In this document: positions 47,247 through 55,994 of the stretch, piece after piece
How the letters are laid out: each line of letters begins with the position of its first letter
Position numbering within the stretch: the first letter of the stretch is position 1
DNA from: a virus
DNA length: 64,000 nt
IMG/VR virus record: IMGVR_UViG_3300037193_001286
Span: 1-64,000 of that record
Direction: 5' to 3' (one strand)
Notes under the pieces: generated by a model
What the model was told of the DNA's origin: nothing
The model's database searches: none
The model's input: the letters and a program-made list of their open reading frames with translations, nothing else
Translations under genes and position numbers: made by a program

Positions 47247-47729
47247 ATGATAACCGCTCAAGAGCTAGTTAACCGTGAAGTGCACTATTGCGTTTCCAGT
47301 CTCGTTTCCACGCTTGCCGGTGGCTATTCGGTAGTTGACCATAAAGCCCGCGACCTAAGCGAGCTTACCGAGCAAGCGGCCGAATTGTGCTACCCCATAG
47401 ACGATTACGAGGAAGCCGCTATTCAAGCCGGTTGGACTCGCAATGCGCATAACGGCATGTTCGTTGCGCCTACCGGGCATGAGCCACGCATGGCCGATTA
47501 TGACGATTGGCGCGAGCTTTGCGAAGATAACGACATTGAACCGTATCAGCGCGAAGTGTTCGAACACTGGATTGTGTCAGATTGGTTTGCGGACAAGCTC
47601 GCCGAAAAAGGCGAAAAGGTCGACAAGGACTTTGCCGGTTTGACCGTTTGGGCACGTACCACGACGGGACAAGCAATCTACATGGATAGCGTCATTGAAA
47701 CCATTCACGCGGAATTGGTTGCGCGCTAA
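47247..47729 (+). CDS. hypothetical early protein
   Basis: AGGCAAGGCAATG start motif; 'EVFEHWIVS.W...WARTTTGQAI'. Confidence 0.7.
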   Translation: MITAQELVNREVHYCVSSLVSTLAGGYSVVDHKARDLSELTEQAAELCYPIDDYEEAAIQAGWTRNAHNGMFVAPTGHEPRMADYDDWRELCEDNDIEPYQREVFEHWIVSDWFADKLAEKGEKVDKDFAGLTVWARTTTGQAIYMDSVIETIHAELVAR

Positions 47730-47765
47730 CGCGCGCGACTCTCTCTTATTAGGGAAGGCAAGGCA

Positions 47766-48011
47766 ATGAAGCGCTGGAATAACACAAACAAAGTTATCGT
47801 TTCGCGGGACGAAGTCGCACGGTTCAACAGTCAATGGCCGTGCAGCGAATTGCGCGACTCGCGTTCCTATTGGTTTGAGTTTGACGACAATGGCGACTTA
47901 GTCGACCACGATGTCCCGCAACAGGATGACGGGACGGCGGCGCGCGCGATGGCGGACGATTGCCGCGCATGGCTCTTCGATGACGACACTCCGGAATGGT
48001 CCGACAAATAA
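47766..48011 (+). CDS. hypothetical early protein
   Basis: AAGGCAAGGCAATG start. Confidence 0.65.
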   Translation: MKRWNNTNKVIVSRDEVARFNSQWPCSELRDSRSYWFEFDDNGDLVDHDVPQQDDGTAARAMADDCRAWLFDDDTPEWSDK

Positions 48012-48090
48012 TCACATTTGCCCTATTGCTATTAGTCAAACTTGCCATATGGATATGTGCATAGACAACGCGTCACGAAAGGCAAGGCAA

Positions 48091-48339
48091 ATGAAACGCA
48101 TTCTCGCAACCGCAACCGCTCTTTTCGCGCTCGCAAGCTCCGGCTTTGCGGCCGAGTCCGCACGCTATGAATTGCGCGTGGAATACAGCGGAAACGTCTA
48201 TACGGCCGATTATGGCCTAACCGGAGACGATTGCTTGATTGCTCTGGATCAATTCCGGGCAAAGCGCATGCTTGAAATCAGCTCCGGAGACTTCGTTTTG
48301 ATAGCGGACGACTCCGCAAGCTCTTGCGTAGGGGAGTAG
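48091..48339 (+). CDS. secreted hypothetical protein
   Basis: AAGGCAAGGCAAATG start; signal peptide. Confidence 0.6.
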   Translation: MKRILATATALFALASSGFAAESARYELRVEYSGNVYTADYGLTGDDCLIALDQFRAKRMLEISSGDFVLIADDSASSCVGE

Positions 48340-48344
48340 CGGCA

Positions 48345-48650
48345 ATGGCAAAAGTCACGGTTGATAATTCGGGCAATCTGTATCCGGGCACGGTCTCAAT
48401 TGCGGACTTGGCCCAGTTTCTTCCAATCCTGAACAACGACTCCAATTGGCTCGACATCTATCTAGTCGAGTCCGCGATGGCGGAAGCATGGCCGCATGAA
48501 ATCGAGCGGTTCGAATATGAGTTTGCAACCGGCTATTCGGCTTATTTCAAGGACGGGACGGCAATTCATATAGGCGCGTGGATGGATAGGGACGAACACG
48601 AGTCCGCGCGTCTGTGGCGCGCTATGAAGGCAAAGGAAGCAAGGCAATGA
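48345..48650 (+). CDS. hypothetical early protein
   Basis: GGAG RBS and GGCAATG start. Confidence 0.6.
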   Translation: MAKVTVDNSGNLYPGTVSIADLAQFLPILNNDSNWLDIYLVESAMAEAWPHEIERFEYEFATGYSAYFKDGTAIHIGAWMDRDEHESARLWRAMKAKEARQ

Positions 48651-48877
48651 ATTTTGCACAATCGGCAACATGCGGCTTTGTGGAGCTGCTAGACGCAAAA
48701 GGAGACGGTTCGCACTTCATTCGTGCAGCTCATATCGTCCGGATTAGTCCGGCATTTGACGCGGATGGCGTATGGACGCATTGCGACGTTTGGACAATCG
48801 ACGGCCGCACGACATGCGTTAACGCGACGTTTGAGCAAATTGCGGAAGCGATTGAAGCGGAGACGGCAAGGCAATGA
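48647..48877 (+). CDS. hypothetical early protein
   Basis: AAGCAAGGCAATG start. Confidence 0.6.
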   Translation: MNFAQSATCGFVELLDAKGDGSHFIRAAHIVRISPAFDADGVWTHCDVWTIDGRTTCVNATFEQIAEAIEAETARQ

Positions 48878-49050
48878 CAACGGTCAACAGCTACGAAAAA
48901 GCCGCGCGTCTAGCTGGTTGGGAGCTTCGCACTTTCGGCAATGGAGTCGCGAAATGGTGGAATCCGCAAAATGATGACGGAAGCCGCTATGTCAACAACG
49001 AACGCGCGTCTCGGTACATCTGCGAAGATTACGGCATAAAGCCGGAATAG
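48874..49050 (+). CDS. hypothetical early protein (58 aa, not in ORF track)
   Basis: GGCAAGGCAATG start; MTTVNSYEKAARLAGW...ICEDYGIKPE. Confidence 0.6.
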   Translation: MTTVNSYEKAARLAGWELRTFGNGVAKWWNPQNDDGSRYVNNERASRYICEDYGIKPE

Positions 49051-49138
49051 GCACAATTAATCAAATTTGCCATTGCTATTAAGCAAGTTTGCCTATATGT
49101 AAGAAGGCATAGGGCAAACACGCTTTGGAGCGAGGCAA

Positions 49139-49279
49139 ATGCATAACCTACCGGCTTTCATTTCTTTCAACGTCGCGGCCGTCGCGCTGATTCTCATGAT
49201 TGCGATTCCCGGCAATCCGCTGAACGAACTAACGCGCGGCGCAATCCAGACTTTCGTTTGTGAAGGGGCTTGCAAATGA
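49139..49279 (+). CDS. small membrane protein
   Basis: GGAG RBS and AGGCAAATG start after promoter 49073. Confidence 0.45.
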   Translation: MHNLPAFISFNVAAVALILMIAIPGNPLNELTRGAIQTFVCEGACK

Positions 49280-49800
49280 TCACGGCAAAACCAGAGATGA
49301 CCGCTCACTATTTGGGAGTCGTTCGCGGCCGTTGCGACGGTCAACCGATTGTTGACGTCATGACGGGAAAGGTTTTGCCCGGTATCTGCCGGACATACGT
49401 TCCATGCCAACTAGACGGCAATCATGCTTATTTCGATCTGGGCGGCTATTCGTGGCGCGTTCCGCTCGATGGCACGGCTTGTGAGCGGTTGCCACGGACT
49501 CACGTTTACGTGTTGCACCTTTCCAAGTCCCGCAACGGATTCGGAAAGCCAACCGTGCCCGCTATCCGCTCCGCTCACACTGGGCACTATATCGCGGAGA
49601 CAGGCACAACAGTTAAGCCGGATTCGGCCGCTATTCGCGCGGCATTGCCTCACTACTACCGGAAAGCGTTTGACCGCGCGTGCGGCGCAATCTGGTTTGA
49701 TAAACACGACGACAACAAACCGGCTTACATAACGTTACGGGACGCGCGCGGCCGTTACCTGAACACGGTCTATTGTCTATTGAGCAAGATGGAAGGTTAA
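49276..49800 (+). CDS. hypothetical early protein
   Basis: ATGA coupling. Confidence 0.55.
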   Translation: MITAKPEMTAHYLGVVRGRCDGQPIVDVMTGKVLPGICRTYVPCQLDGNHAYFDLGGYSWRVPLDGTACERLPRTHVYVLHLSKSRNGFGKPTVPAIRSAHTGHYIAETGTTVKPDSAAIRAALPHYYRKAFDRACGAIWFDKHDDNKPAYITLRDARGRYLNTVYCLLSKMEG

Positions 49801-49804
49801 GGCA

Positions 49805-50416
49805 ATGCCGGAATTCATCCTGAACACTGACGGCGCAACGGCCGATAATTGGCACAATCTCGACTCCTTCACGCAAGGCTTTATTGAAGCCGCGTTTTTC
49901 TCCGATTCCTCTTGCTTTGACTCGTCCGAGTTCTTCGGAGATGAGGCACAAGAGCGAGTCCGCGAAGGACAAGCGGACGGAAGCATTCCGAATGATGCGG
50001 GACCGTCCGATATAGACGCGGAGTCCCTTGCCAAGGTTAAGGCCTTTTGCGCGGCATTCCAGACGCGTGCAGCGGACGTTCTAACGGAAGCTTACGAACG
50101 CGAGTATGACGAAACGCAAGCCGGACGGGACTTGTATTTCACCTATGCCGGGCACGGAGTCGGCTATTGGGATAGGGATGCATTGAAAGCCAATGACGCG
50201 GACTTAGAAGAGTATGAGCGTTTGACGGCCGTTATGATTGCAAACCGCGACAACAATGCAAAATGGGATGAAGCGCTATCCGCACGGCATGAGGTGGAAT
50301 CGCGAGGCATAGGGAAACGGCTTTCCAAGCTTTGCGGCCGTGGCGAAATCAATCTGGATGCATACGAGTCGGAAGAGTCGGAAAGCGGTTTTTACGTGTC
50401 GTTTTATATCGGCTGA
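49805..50416 (+). CDS. acidic hypothetical early protein
   Basis: AAGGCAATG start; 'GRDLYFTYAGHGVGYWDR'. Confidence 0.65.
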   Translation: MPEFILNTDGATADNWHNLDSFTQGFIEAAFFSDSSCFDSSEFFGDEAQERVREGQADGSIPNDAGPSDIDAESLAKVKAFCAAFQTRAADVLTEAYEREYDETQAGRDLYFTYAGHGVGYWDRDALKANDADLEEYERLTAVMIANRDNNAKWDEALSARHEVESRGIGKRLSKLCGRGEINLDAYESEESESGFYVSFYIG

Positions 50417-50511
50417 TTTATGTACATTTTTTTGATTTAGGCTCTTGCCTATTCGTCAAATTTGCTCTTATATACCTCTCAGGCAAACACAAATGCATGA
50501 GAGGTTTTTTT

Positions 50512-50739
50512 ATGAAGAACATGACTCGCCATACCGGCAAGCTTGAAATTATCAAGCGCTTGCCTTCGTCCGCAAACGGCAATCCGCGATACCTGCTTAA
50601 GGTTGACGGTTGGACTTGCCGCACGGCCGTAGACTCTTCGCTCGGTTATTCCGTCACCAATTTTGACGGCAAAACCGTGCACGCGACAATCGGCACACAT
50701 TACGGCAATGCAACACTGGACTCGGTTCAGCTCGCTTAA
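50512..50739 (+). CDS. hypothetical early protein
   Basis: GAGG RBS after promoter 50445; 'SANGNPRY'. Confidence 0.6.
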   Translation: MKNMTRHTGKLEIIKRLPSSANGNPRYLLKVDGWTCRTAVDSSLGYSVTNFDGKTVHATIGTHYGNATLDSVQLA

Positions 50740-50756
50740 CTCCGAAAGGCAAGGCA

Positions 50757-51005
50757 ATGACAACGGTTATGCTCGACTCATACGATCCGGTAAAGAATAG
50801 CGGCGGACTCTGCCGTGACTTCACGACAGACGGTTTTCCTATTCGCCTTTATCAGCATAGGACGCGGAAAGAACGCGGCTTTGCGGTTCAGTACGGAAAG
50901 CAATTCGACATTTACCTAACCTATTCGGAAGCGTGCAAAAAACTAGGCGAAGCGCTCATGCATGACGCGGCTTGCCGTGGCGAACTCGACAACGAAAGGG
51001 ATTAA
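50757..51005 (+). CDS. hypothetical early protein
   Basis: AAGGCAAGGCAATG start. Confidence 0.65.
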   Translation: MTTVMLDSYDPVKNSGGLCRDFTTDGFPIRLYQHRTRKERGFAVQYGKQFDIYLTYSEACKKLGEALMHDAACRGELDNERD

Positions 51006-51007
51006 TC

Positions 51008-51250
51008 ATGATACCGATTAACGTTCGCGTCTTTAACTTTGGCACGGTTCAATTCTGGAATAGTTACCGCAAACATACGAACGCGCGGACGTGGCGCGGA
51101 GCAATGCGCACATTTGCCGCGCAACACGGCAAAGCAATTGCAATGCGTTGCGACGGTTCAGCATTCCTCGTTTATCGCGACGAAGGCAATAAGAGCGGAT
51201 TCCGGCAGGAAACGATTCCCGCGTCCAATGTTCAATGGCTCAACATTTGA
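51008..51250 (+). CDS. hypothetical early protein
   Basis: AAAGGG RBS. Confidence 0.5.
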   Translation: MIPINVRVFNFGTVQFWNSYRKHTNARTWRGAMRTFAAQHGKAIAMRCDGSAFLVYRDEGNKSGFRQETIPASNVQWLNI

Positions 51251-51318
51251 ACGGCTTATAGAGCGGCCAATCTGGGCCGCTCCGGTAAACCGTTAATCAG
51301 GCAAGGAAAGACAAGGCA

Positions 51319-51717
51319 ATGACATACCATTTCAAATGGCAATCCGGATACATGGGAACCGTCGATTATATGGTGACGGATTCAACCGGGACATTTCGCG
51401 CGGAGCTTAGAACGCAATTAGGCGATTACGAGCGCTCGATTTTGAACTATGACGCGGACGGAATCGCAAAGCACGTCGAGTCCACAATCGGACTTCTTAC
51501 ACGTTGCGTTTGCGACAACCACGGCGAAATTTTACCGGAGACAATCGCCGCTTTTAACGCATGGCGCGCGGACGAACACGCGCGGCAAATGGCGCATATG
51601 CGCGCGCATCCGGAGCGATACGGGACGGAATTTAATGAGCCATGGTTTCAACCGCCTAAACCGGTGCACGCGGGACGTTGGAGTGAACAAACCGGCTGGA
51701 CTCGTGTAGGGGAATAA
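51319..51717 (+). CDS. hypothetical early protein
   Basis: AAGACAAGGCAATG start. Confidence 0.6.
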   Translation: MTYHFKWQSGYMGTVDYMVTDSTGTFRAELRTQLGDYERSILNYDADGIAKHVESTIGLLTRCVCDNHGEILPETIAAFNAWRADEHARQMAHMRAHPERYGTEFNEPWFQPPKPVHAGRWSEQTGWTRVGE

Positions 51718-51722
51718 CGGCA

Positions 51723-52046
51723 ATGGAAAAGCAAACGACGTTCCGCAAACATAGCTGGAAAGTCCCGGTGCGTGCGGGAAAGACTGTCGAGCAAAACGGC
51801 TATGCTACGGCTAATTTCGGCATACATAAACACTATGACAATTGGTGTGTAACGCATTTGCCTACCGGGCTTGCGATTGACTATTTCCGCTCCAAACGGC
51901 TTTCCATGGTCAAATCAATTGTTGCGCGTGCGGAAACGGTTTTCGATTGGTCAACCGGAGCGGACGTCTATGAAATCGCGGCACATAACCGAATTGACGC
52001 GCGCGCATTCAATGACGCGGTGCGGGACATTGGACGCGGTCAATAG
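51723..52046 (+). CDS. hypothetical early protein
   Basis: GGCAATG start; 'W.VTHLPTGL'. Confidence 0.6.
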   Translation: MEKQTTFRKHSWKVPVRAGKTVEQNGYATANFGIHKHYDNWCVTHLPTGLAIDYFRSKRLSMVKSIVARAETVFDWSTGADVYEIAAHNRIDARAFNDAVRDIGRGQ

Positions 52047-52058
52047 AAAGGCAAGGCA

Positions 52059-52448
52059 ATGGCAAATCACGACACAAGCCGCTTTTGGGCATGGTTTGAC
52101 GCCACGCGGAACGCTGCAATCCAGACGGATGACGGCCGCAAGTTTCATGCGGCTGGATTCGACCTAACCCATACCGGAGGAGGTTGCACGGCATGGGAAC
52201 GCGCCATACCGGGCACGGATTGGCTTATATGGATTGCTACCAGTGAAGCCGGGCATGAATTGACTCCAGCGGATATTGAAGCCGGAGACGATTTTGGCGC
52301 GTGGATTGTGCACAAGGAAGAGTCGCACCATTCGCGCGCGCAAAACGCGAACACGGTTGAAGGCGTATTGAAGATAGCGGACGAAATGGCCGCGACCGTG
52401 CAGCGTGGCGAAATAGACTCGCTTCATATGGAATACGTCCACTACTGA
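52059..52448 (+). CDS. hypothetical early protein
   Basis: AAGGCAAGGCAATG start; 'HTGGGCTAW'. Confidence 0.65.
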   Translation: MANHDTSRFWAWFDATRNAAIQTDDGRKFHAAGFDLTHTGGGCTAWERAIPGTDWLIWIATSEAGHELTPADIEAGDDFGAWIVHKEESHHSRAQNANTVEGVLKIADEMAATVQRGEIDSLHMEYVHY

Positions 52449-52540
52449 CGGCTTATAGACGGCCGCGCGTTGCGTTTTCGGAGCAATTCCGATTCCGCAA
52501 TGCGGCCGTTCAATAAACTGTTGAGAGGAAAGGCAAGGCA

Positions 52541-52735
52541 ATGCCCGAGTTTGTTGTAATCGCGCATAGGCGCAACGGAAGCGTTTTCGGAGCGGCAACC
52601 GCTATCTGTAAAGACGCGGACGGCAAAGAAAAGACTTATCCAACGCGCGACGCGGCCGACTCCGCTGCAAAGCGCTATAACGACAGAACCACGTCACCAA
52701 ACGTCTATTACACTGTTGAGGAAATGGCGCGATGA
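52541..52735 (+). CDS. hypothetical early protein
   Basis: AAGGCAAGGCAATG start. Confidence 0.6.
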   Translation: MPEFVVIAHRRNGSVFGAATAICKDADGKEKTYPTRDAADSAAKRYNDRTTSPNVYYTVEEMAR

Positions 52736-52959
52736 ATGACTCCATTCTAGCGGACGATACCCGCTATATCATGCGCCGCGACGCGGACGGCCGTTTATTG
52801 GTTCTGACGTTCAGCAATGATGAATTTGCCGACTATTGGACGGCCGCGCAAATAGAGCGTTTCGGCCGCGCGTTACCAGTGACGCGGGACGGATGCACCT
52901 TCGCGGACATGGCCGCATGTACGGCCGAAACAATGCAGCATTGGAGCGAAACGCCGTGA
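52732..52959 (+). CDS. hypothetical early protein
   Basis: ATGA coupling; GAGG RBS. Confidence 0.5.
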   Translation: MNDSILADDTRYIMRRDADGRLLVLTFSNDEFADYWTAAQIERFGRALPVTRDGCTFADMAACTAETMQHWSETP

Positions 52960-53592
52960 TTGCTCCGGAGCTTGAAAATGATGGATAGACCGTTGCGCGC
53001 TGCTAGTCCGCTAGTGGCGCGTTTCCGCATGTTTCGGAGTCTTGCCGTGAACCGTCCAACCGGTTGACGGGACGACTCCGCGTGGCTTGCGGCCGTGGCG
53101 CGGCCGTGCAGCGCGATTCCAGCTCCGGCATGGTGGTTGACCGTCCGGAGCGAAGAAAACGCGTGTACGGCCGTTTATGGCGGTTTGCCTTGCGTGGTTT
53201 CGTTGCCGCATCCCGTTCCATGCTCCGGCATTGGCGCGGAGACGTATGGAAGCGGTTGCGACTCGTCCGGCATGCCGGGAACGGCAAGGCTTAAGACGCG
53301 TTGTGCGGCCGTCTGTGGCGGTTTGGCCGCTTGCCGCTCCGGTTCCATGCCCGGCGATTGGCTAATGGAAGGTGGCGGAAGCGTTCTATGCGCAATGCAA
53401 CCGACGCGTTGCAAAGCAGCCCCTTGAAGCCCCAGCCCATCCCCTAGATTGCGAATTTGGTAGCGACCAGGGCCGGGGGGGGTATCCCGGTTGCTTTTAA
53501 AAAAAATTTTTGGGCACGCTTCCCAAGGCCGGGCGCAAAAAAAGGGCCGGTGAAAAAAATCCGGCCCGAAAAATCTGGGAGGGAATTCCATT

Positions 53593-53898
53593 CTACACGA
53601 CGTCGTATTTTTCATCAGGGAGTTTTTTCTCCAACCGCTTTGTCTTTTCGTTCAGCCCAGCGACGACGCATTCTAGGGCGTCATCCCTGTCCCTGTATTT
53701 GTGCAGGAACCGCTTGATCAATCTGTCCAGTTTCCTGTCGAAATCATCGTCCATCGAGGTGTCGGCAACGCGGTCCGGTTCAGGTGGACCATACAGGCGG
53801 GAATTGATCAGACATTCCAAGTCATCCACCACTAGGTCGAGCGTTGCGAGCCTCGTCGCGATCTTAGTTACGTCATCAGCATCTTCTTCTTCTCTCAT
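53593..53898 (-). CDS. hypothetical protein
   Basis: GGAGG RBS. Confidence 0.45.
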   Translation of the reverse strand: MREEEDADDVTKIATRLATLDLVVDDLECLINSRLYGPPEPDRVADTSMDDDFDRKLDRLIKRFLHKYRDRDDALECVVAGLNEKTKRLEKKLPDEKYDVV

Positions 53899-53919
53899 AG
53901 CGACATCCTCCCATGGCGC

Positions 53920-54294
53920 TTAAATACCGGCTCTGATCCGGGTGATTTCAGAGCGCATGGCTTGCACCAGTGCTTCCAGATCGCCGGATGCCTCATGCAC
54001 CGCCTTGAAGATCGGGGAGGTCGGCCGTTCTGCGCGGTCGATTTCTGCCGGGGATGCCGGTCCGACGAGGCTGTCCGCCAGCTTGATCAGGTCGTGATAA
54101 ACCTCATCGACGGCGCGGATCGCCAGATGCAGGTGCTCGACCGGGCCGGTGGTCACCACCTGGCGGGGTTTGGCTTGCGGTAAAGCGCCCAGCCGCGTGG
54201 CACCTCCTGCGCTGGGAGCGAACTTGCGTGCAATCGACACGTCGTCGGCGGCAATAGCCTCGGCAAGGCCAGCTTCAAGTGTCTTGTCATTCAT
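53920..54294 (-). CDS. hypothetical protein
   Basis: GAGGAG RBS before MNDKT. Confidence 0.55.
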   Translation of the reverse strand: MNDKTLEAGLAEAIAADDVSIARKFAPSAGGATRLGALPQAKPRQVVTTGPVEHLHLAIRAVDEVYHDLIKLADSLVGPASPAEIDRAERPTSPIFKAVHEASGDLEALVQAMRSEITRIRAGI

Positions 54295-54547
54295 TTGGGT
54301 TTCTCCTCTGGTGATAACGTTCACGAAGTTTGTCCATCAATAGGTCGATTGCAGTCGTGTCGTCCAACGGCCCTTCCCGCTCCTGATCGAACAACTCGAC
54401 GATCATGCGCATGTAGGCCATGTATTCGGTATTCTTCGCGTGCTTGCAGATAGTGCCCGCCATTATTCCGGTGACATAGACCGCCAACTGGACTGGCATG
54501 TCGCTGGTCTCGATCTCTTTGATCAGCGCGTCGATATTTGTCATCAT
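54287..54547 (-). CDS. hypothetical protein
   Basis: GGAGGAG RBS. Confidence 0.5.
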   Translation of the reverse strand: MMTNIDALIKEIETSDMPVQLAVYVTGIMAGTICKHAKNTEYMAYMRMIVELFDQEREGPLDDTTAIDLLMDKLRERYHQRRNPNE

Positions 54548-54562
54548 CGCTCCTCCGCTCTC

Positions 54563-54760
54563 CTACCTGAGCGTGATTTCGATGTGCAGTTGACCGCCTT
54601 CATCTTCCCAAAAGGTTGTTCCGCCAGCTTTGACATAGCCGTTCAGCCCTTCTTGCCTGTCAGACGAGACGTAATCACCGCTCTGCGGGACCACCGGCAA
54701 ATCCAATTCGAACATCTGATATTCAGGACCATCGGTGTATTTCTTGATGGCGATCTTCAT
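54563..54760 (-). CDS. hypothetical protein
   Basis: GGAGG RBS. Confidence 0.5.
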   Translation of the reverse strand: MKIAIKKYTDGPEYQMFELDLPVVPQSGDYVSSDRQEGLNGYVKAGGTTFWEDEGGQLHIEITLR

Positions 54761-54855
54761 TGCACCCTCCTATATCGCCGTCCACGCCCAGAGGCTGAGC
54801 GCGAGGATCGAGAACAGCACGAGGGCAAGCGCGGAATTGATTAGCGCGTCGTAGC

Positions 54856-55239
54856 TCATGACACCGCCTTTAGAACGCGGACATACCAGACGTTCTCGAT
54901 GTCCTGATTGGTGATCTGCTTCAGATCGTCGGGGGTCTCGATGGTCGACCACCAGCTTTCGAAGCCATAGACCAGCTCGCCGGTTTCGAAGACGAACATG
55001 CAGGGATTGGAGTAGGTGCGCTGAAGCGTCAACAGCTCGCCGTTCTTGACGACGGGGGCGACGCCGATGGGCATGTCGCCCAGATAGAGGCCAAGCCGGG
55101 TGATGTCTTCGCTCGCCTTGCGGACGGCGACATAGGAACCCTGCGCGGATTGCTTGAACAGCGGCTGCTTGACGCGCGGCACCATGACTTCATCGACGTC
55201 GATCTGAACGACGCCTTGCGGGATGTTGACGACGCTCAT
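54856..55239 (-). CDS. hypothetical phage protein
   Basis: 'GLYLGDMP...NP..FV......YG.ESWW..I....DL..IT..DI.NVWYV'. Confidence 0.6.
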   Translation of the reverse strand: MSVVNIPQGVVQIDVDEVMVPRVKQPLFKQSAQGSYVAVRKASEDITRLGLYLGDMPIGVAPVVKNGELLTLQRTYSNPCMFVFETGELVYGFESWWSTIETPDDLKQITNQDIENVWYVRVLKAVS

Positions 55240-55595
55240 TCCGTCTCCCTCCCCTTTATGGCGTGCAGCACTGCAAGGCAGATCGCCAGCGGTTCGGTGC
55301 TTCCCCTTACATCAAACGGGTGATTGAGCGAGCCGATGCCCCAGCCGCCTTCCGCATCCGCATCGCGCTGCTCATAGGTGATGCGCGCTGCCGGATTCAG
55401 GCCGGTCCAGATGGTCATTGAGTATCGGCGATCCGGTGTATCCGGGAAAACCGTCTTAAACAGGATGAGCGCCGCGTCGATGGAGGCGGTGGGATACCCC
55501 TCGATCATCTCGAAATATTCGTTCAGCATCTCGTCGAGGTTGGCGTCTGGGCCGGTCGCGGCCCGCAGTTTTTCGATCAGTTCTTCGATCATCAT
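55236..55595 (-). CDS. hypothetical phage protein
   Basis: 'LRAATGPD..LD...T.SIDAA..L...PLAICLA.L'. Confidence 0.6.
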   Translation of the reverse strand: MMIEELIEKLRAATGPDANLDEMLNEYFEMIEGYPTASIDAALILFKTVFPDTPDRRYSMTIWTGLNPAARITYEQRDADAEGGWGIGSLNHPFDVRGSTEPLAICLAVLHAIKGRETE

Positions 55596-55613
55596 GACCC
55601 TTCTCCTCGTTGG

Positions 55614-55853
55614 TCACTGGCGTCCGTCGAATTGCTCCACTTCCTCGCGGCCGTGCAGCCTGACGAGGCGGATAAGCATCTGCCTTTCGGTCGCCAGCTG
55701 CCGGGCCATGTCGGTCACCCAAGGCAGTCTCTCTTCATCCGCCGCCATCAACGGCATCCATTGCCCGTTTATCGAGACTGCGCATAGGCCTTCGATCCCG
55801 TCTGTGTCGACAGAAACCGCTACCCACACCTGGTCGATCCTGGTAATGTTCAC
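55614..55853 (-). CDS. hypothetical protein
   Basis: GAGGGGG RBS. Confidence 0.5.
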   Translation of the reverse strand: MNITRIDQVWVAVSVDTDGIEGLCAVSINGQWMPLMAADEERLPWVTDMARQLATERQMLIRLVRLHGREEVEQFDGRQ

Positions 55854-55994
55854 TGATTCCCCCTCACCCTTGGATTTTTAGCCTAGCCCGAGCGGGCCAG
55901 GTATACTTACCCATTGGGTATTATTTGTCCACCGCTATTCTTTGTATATGGATAGCTTCAGCTCGACCTGTGGAAGCCTCTACAGAAAAGGTCT

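Noticed and set aside
52960-53460. ORFs in the distal part of the island
   Set aside because: No RBS or start motif, and low-complexity translations; treated as non-coding.
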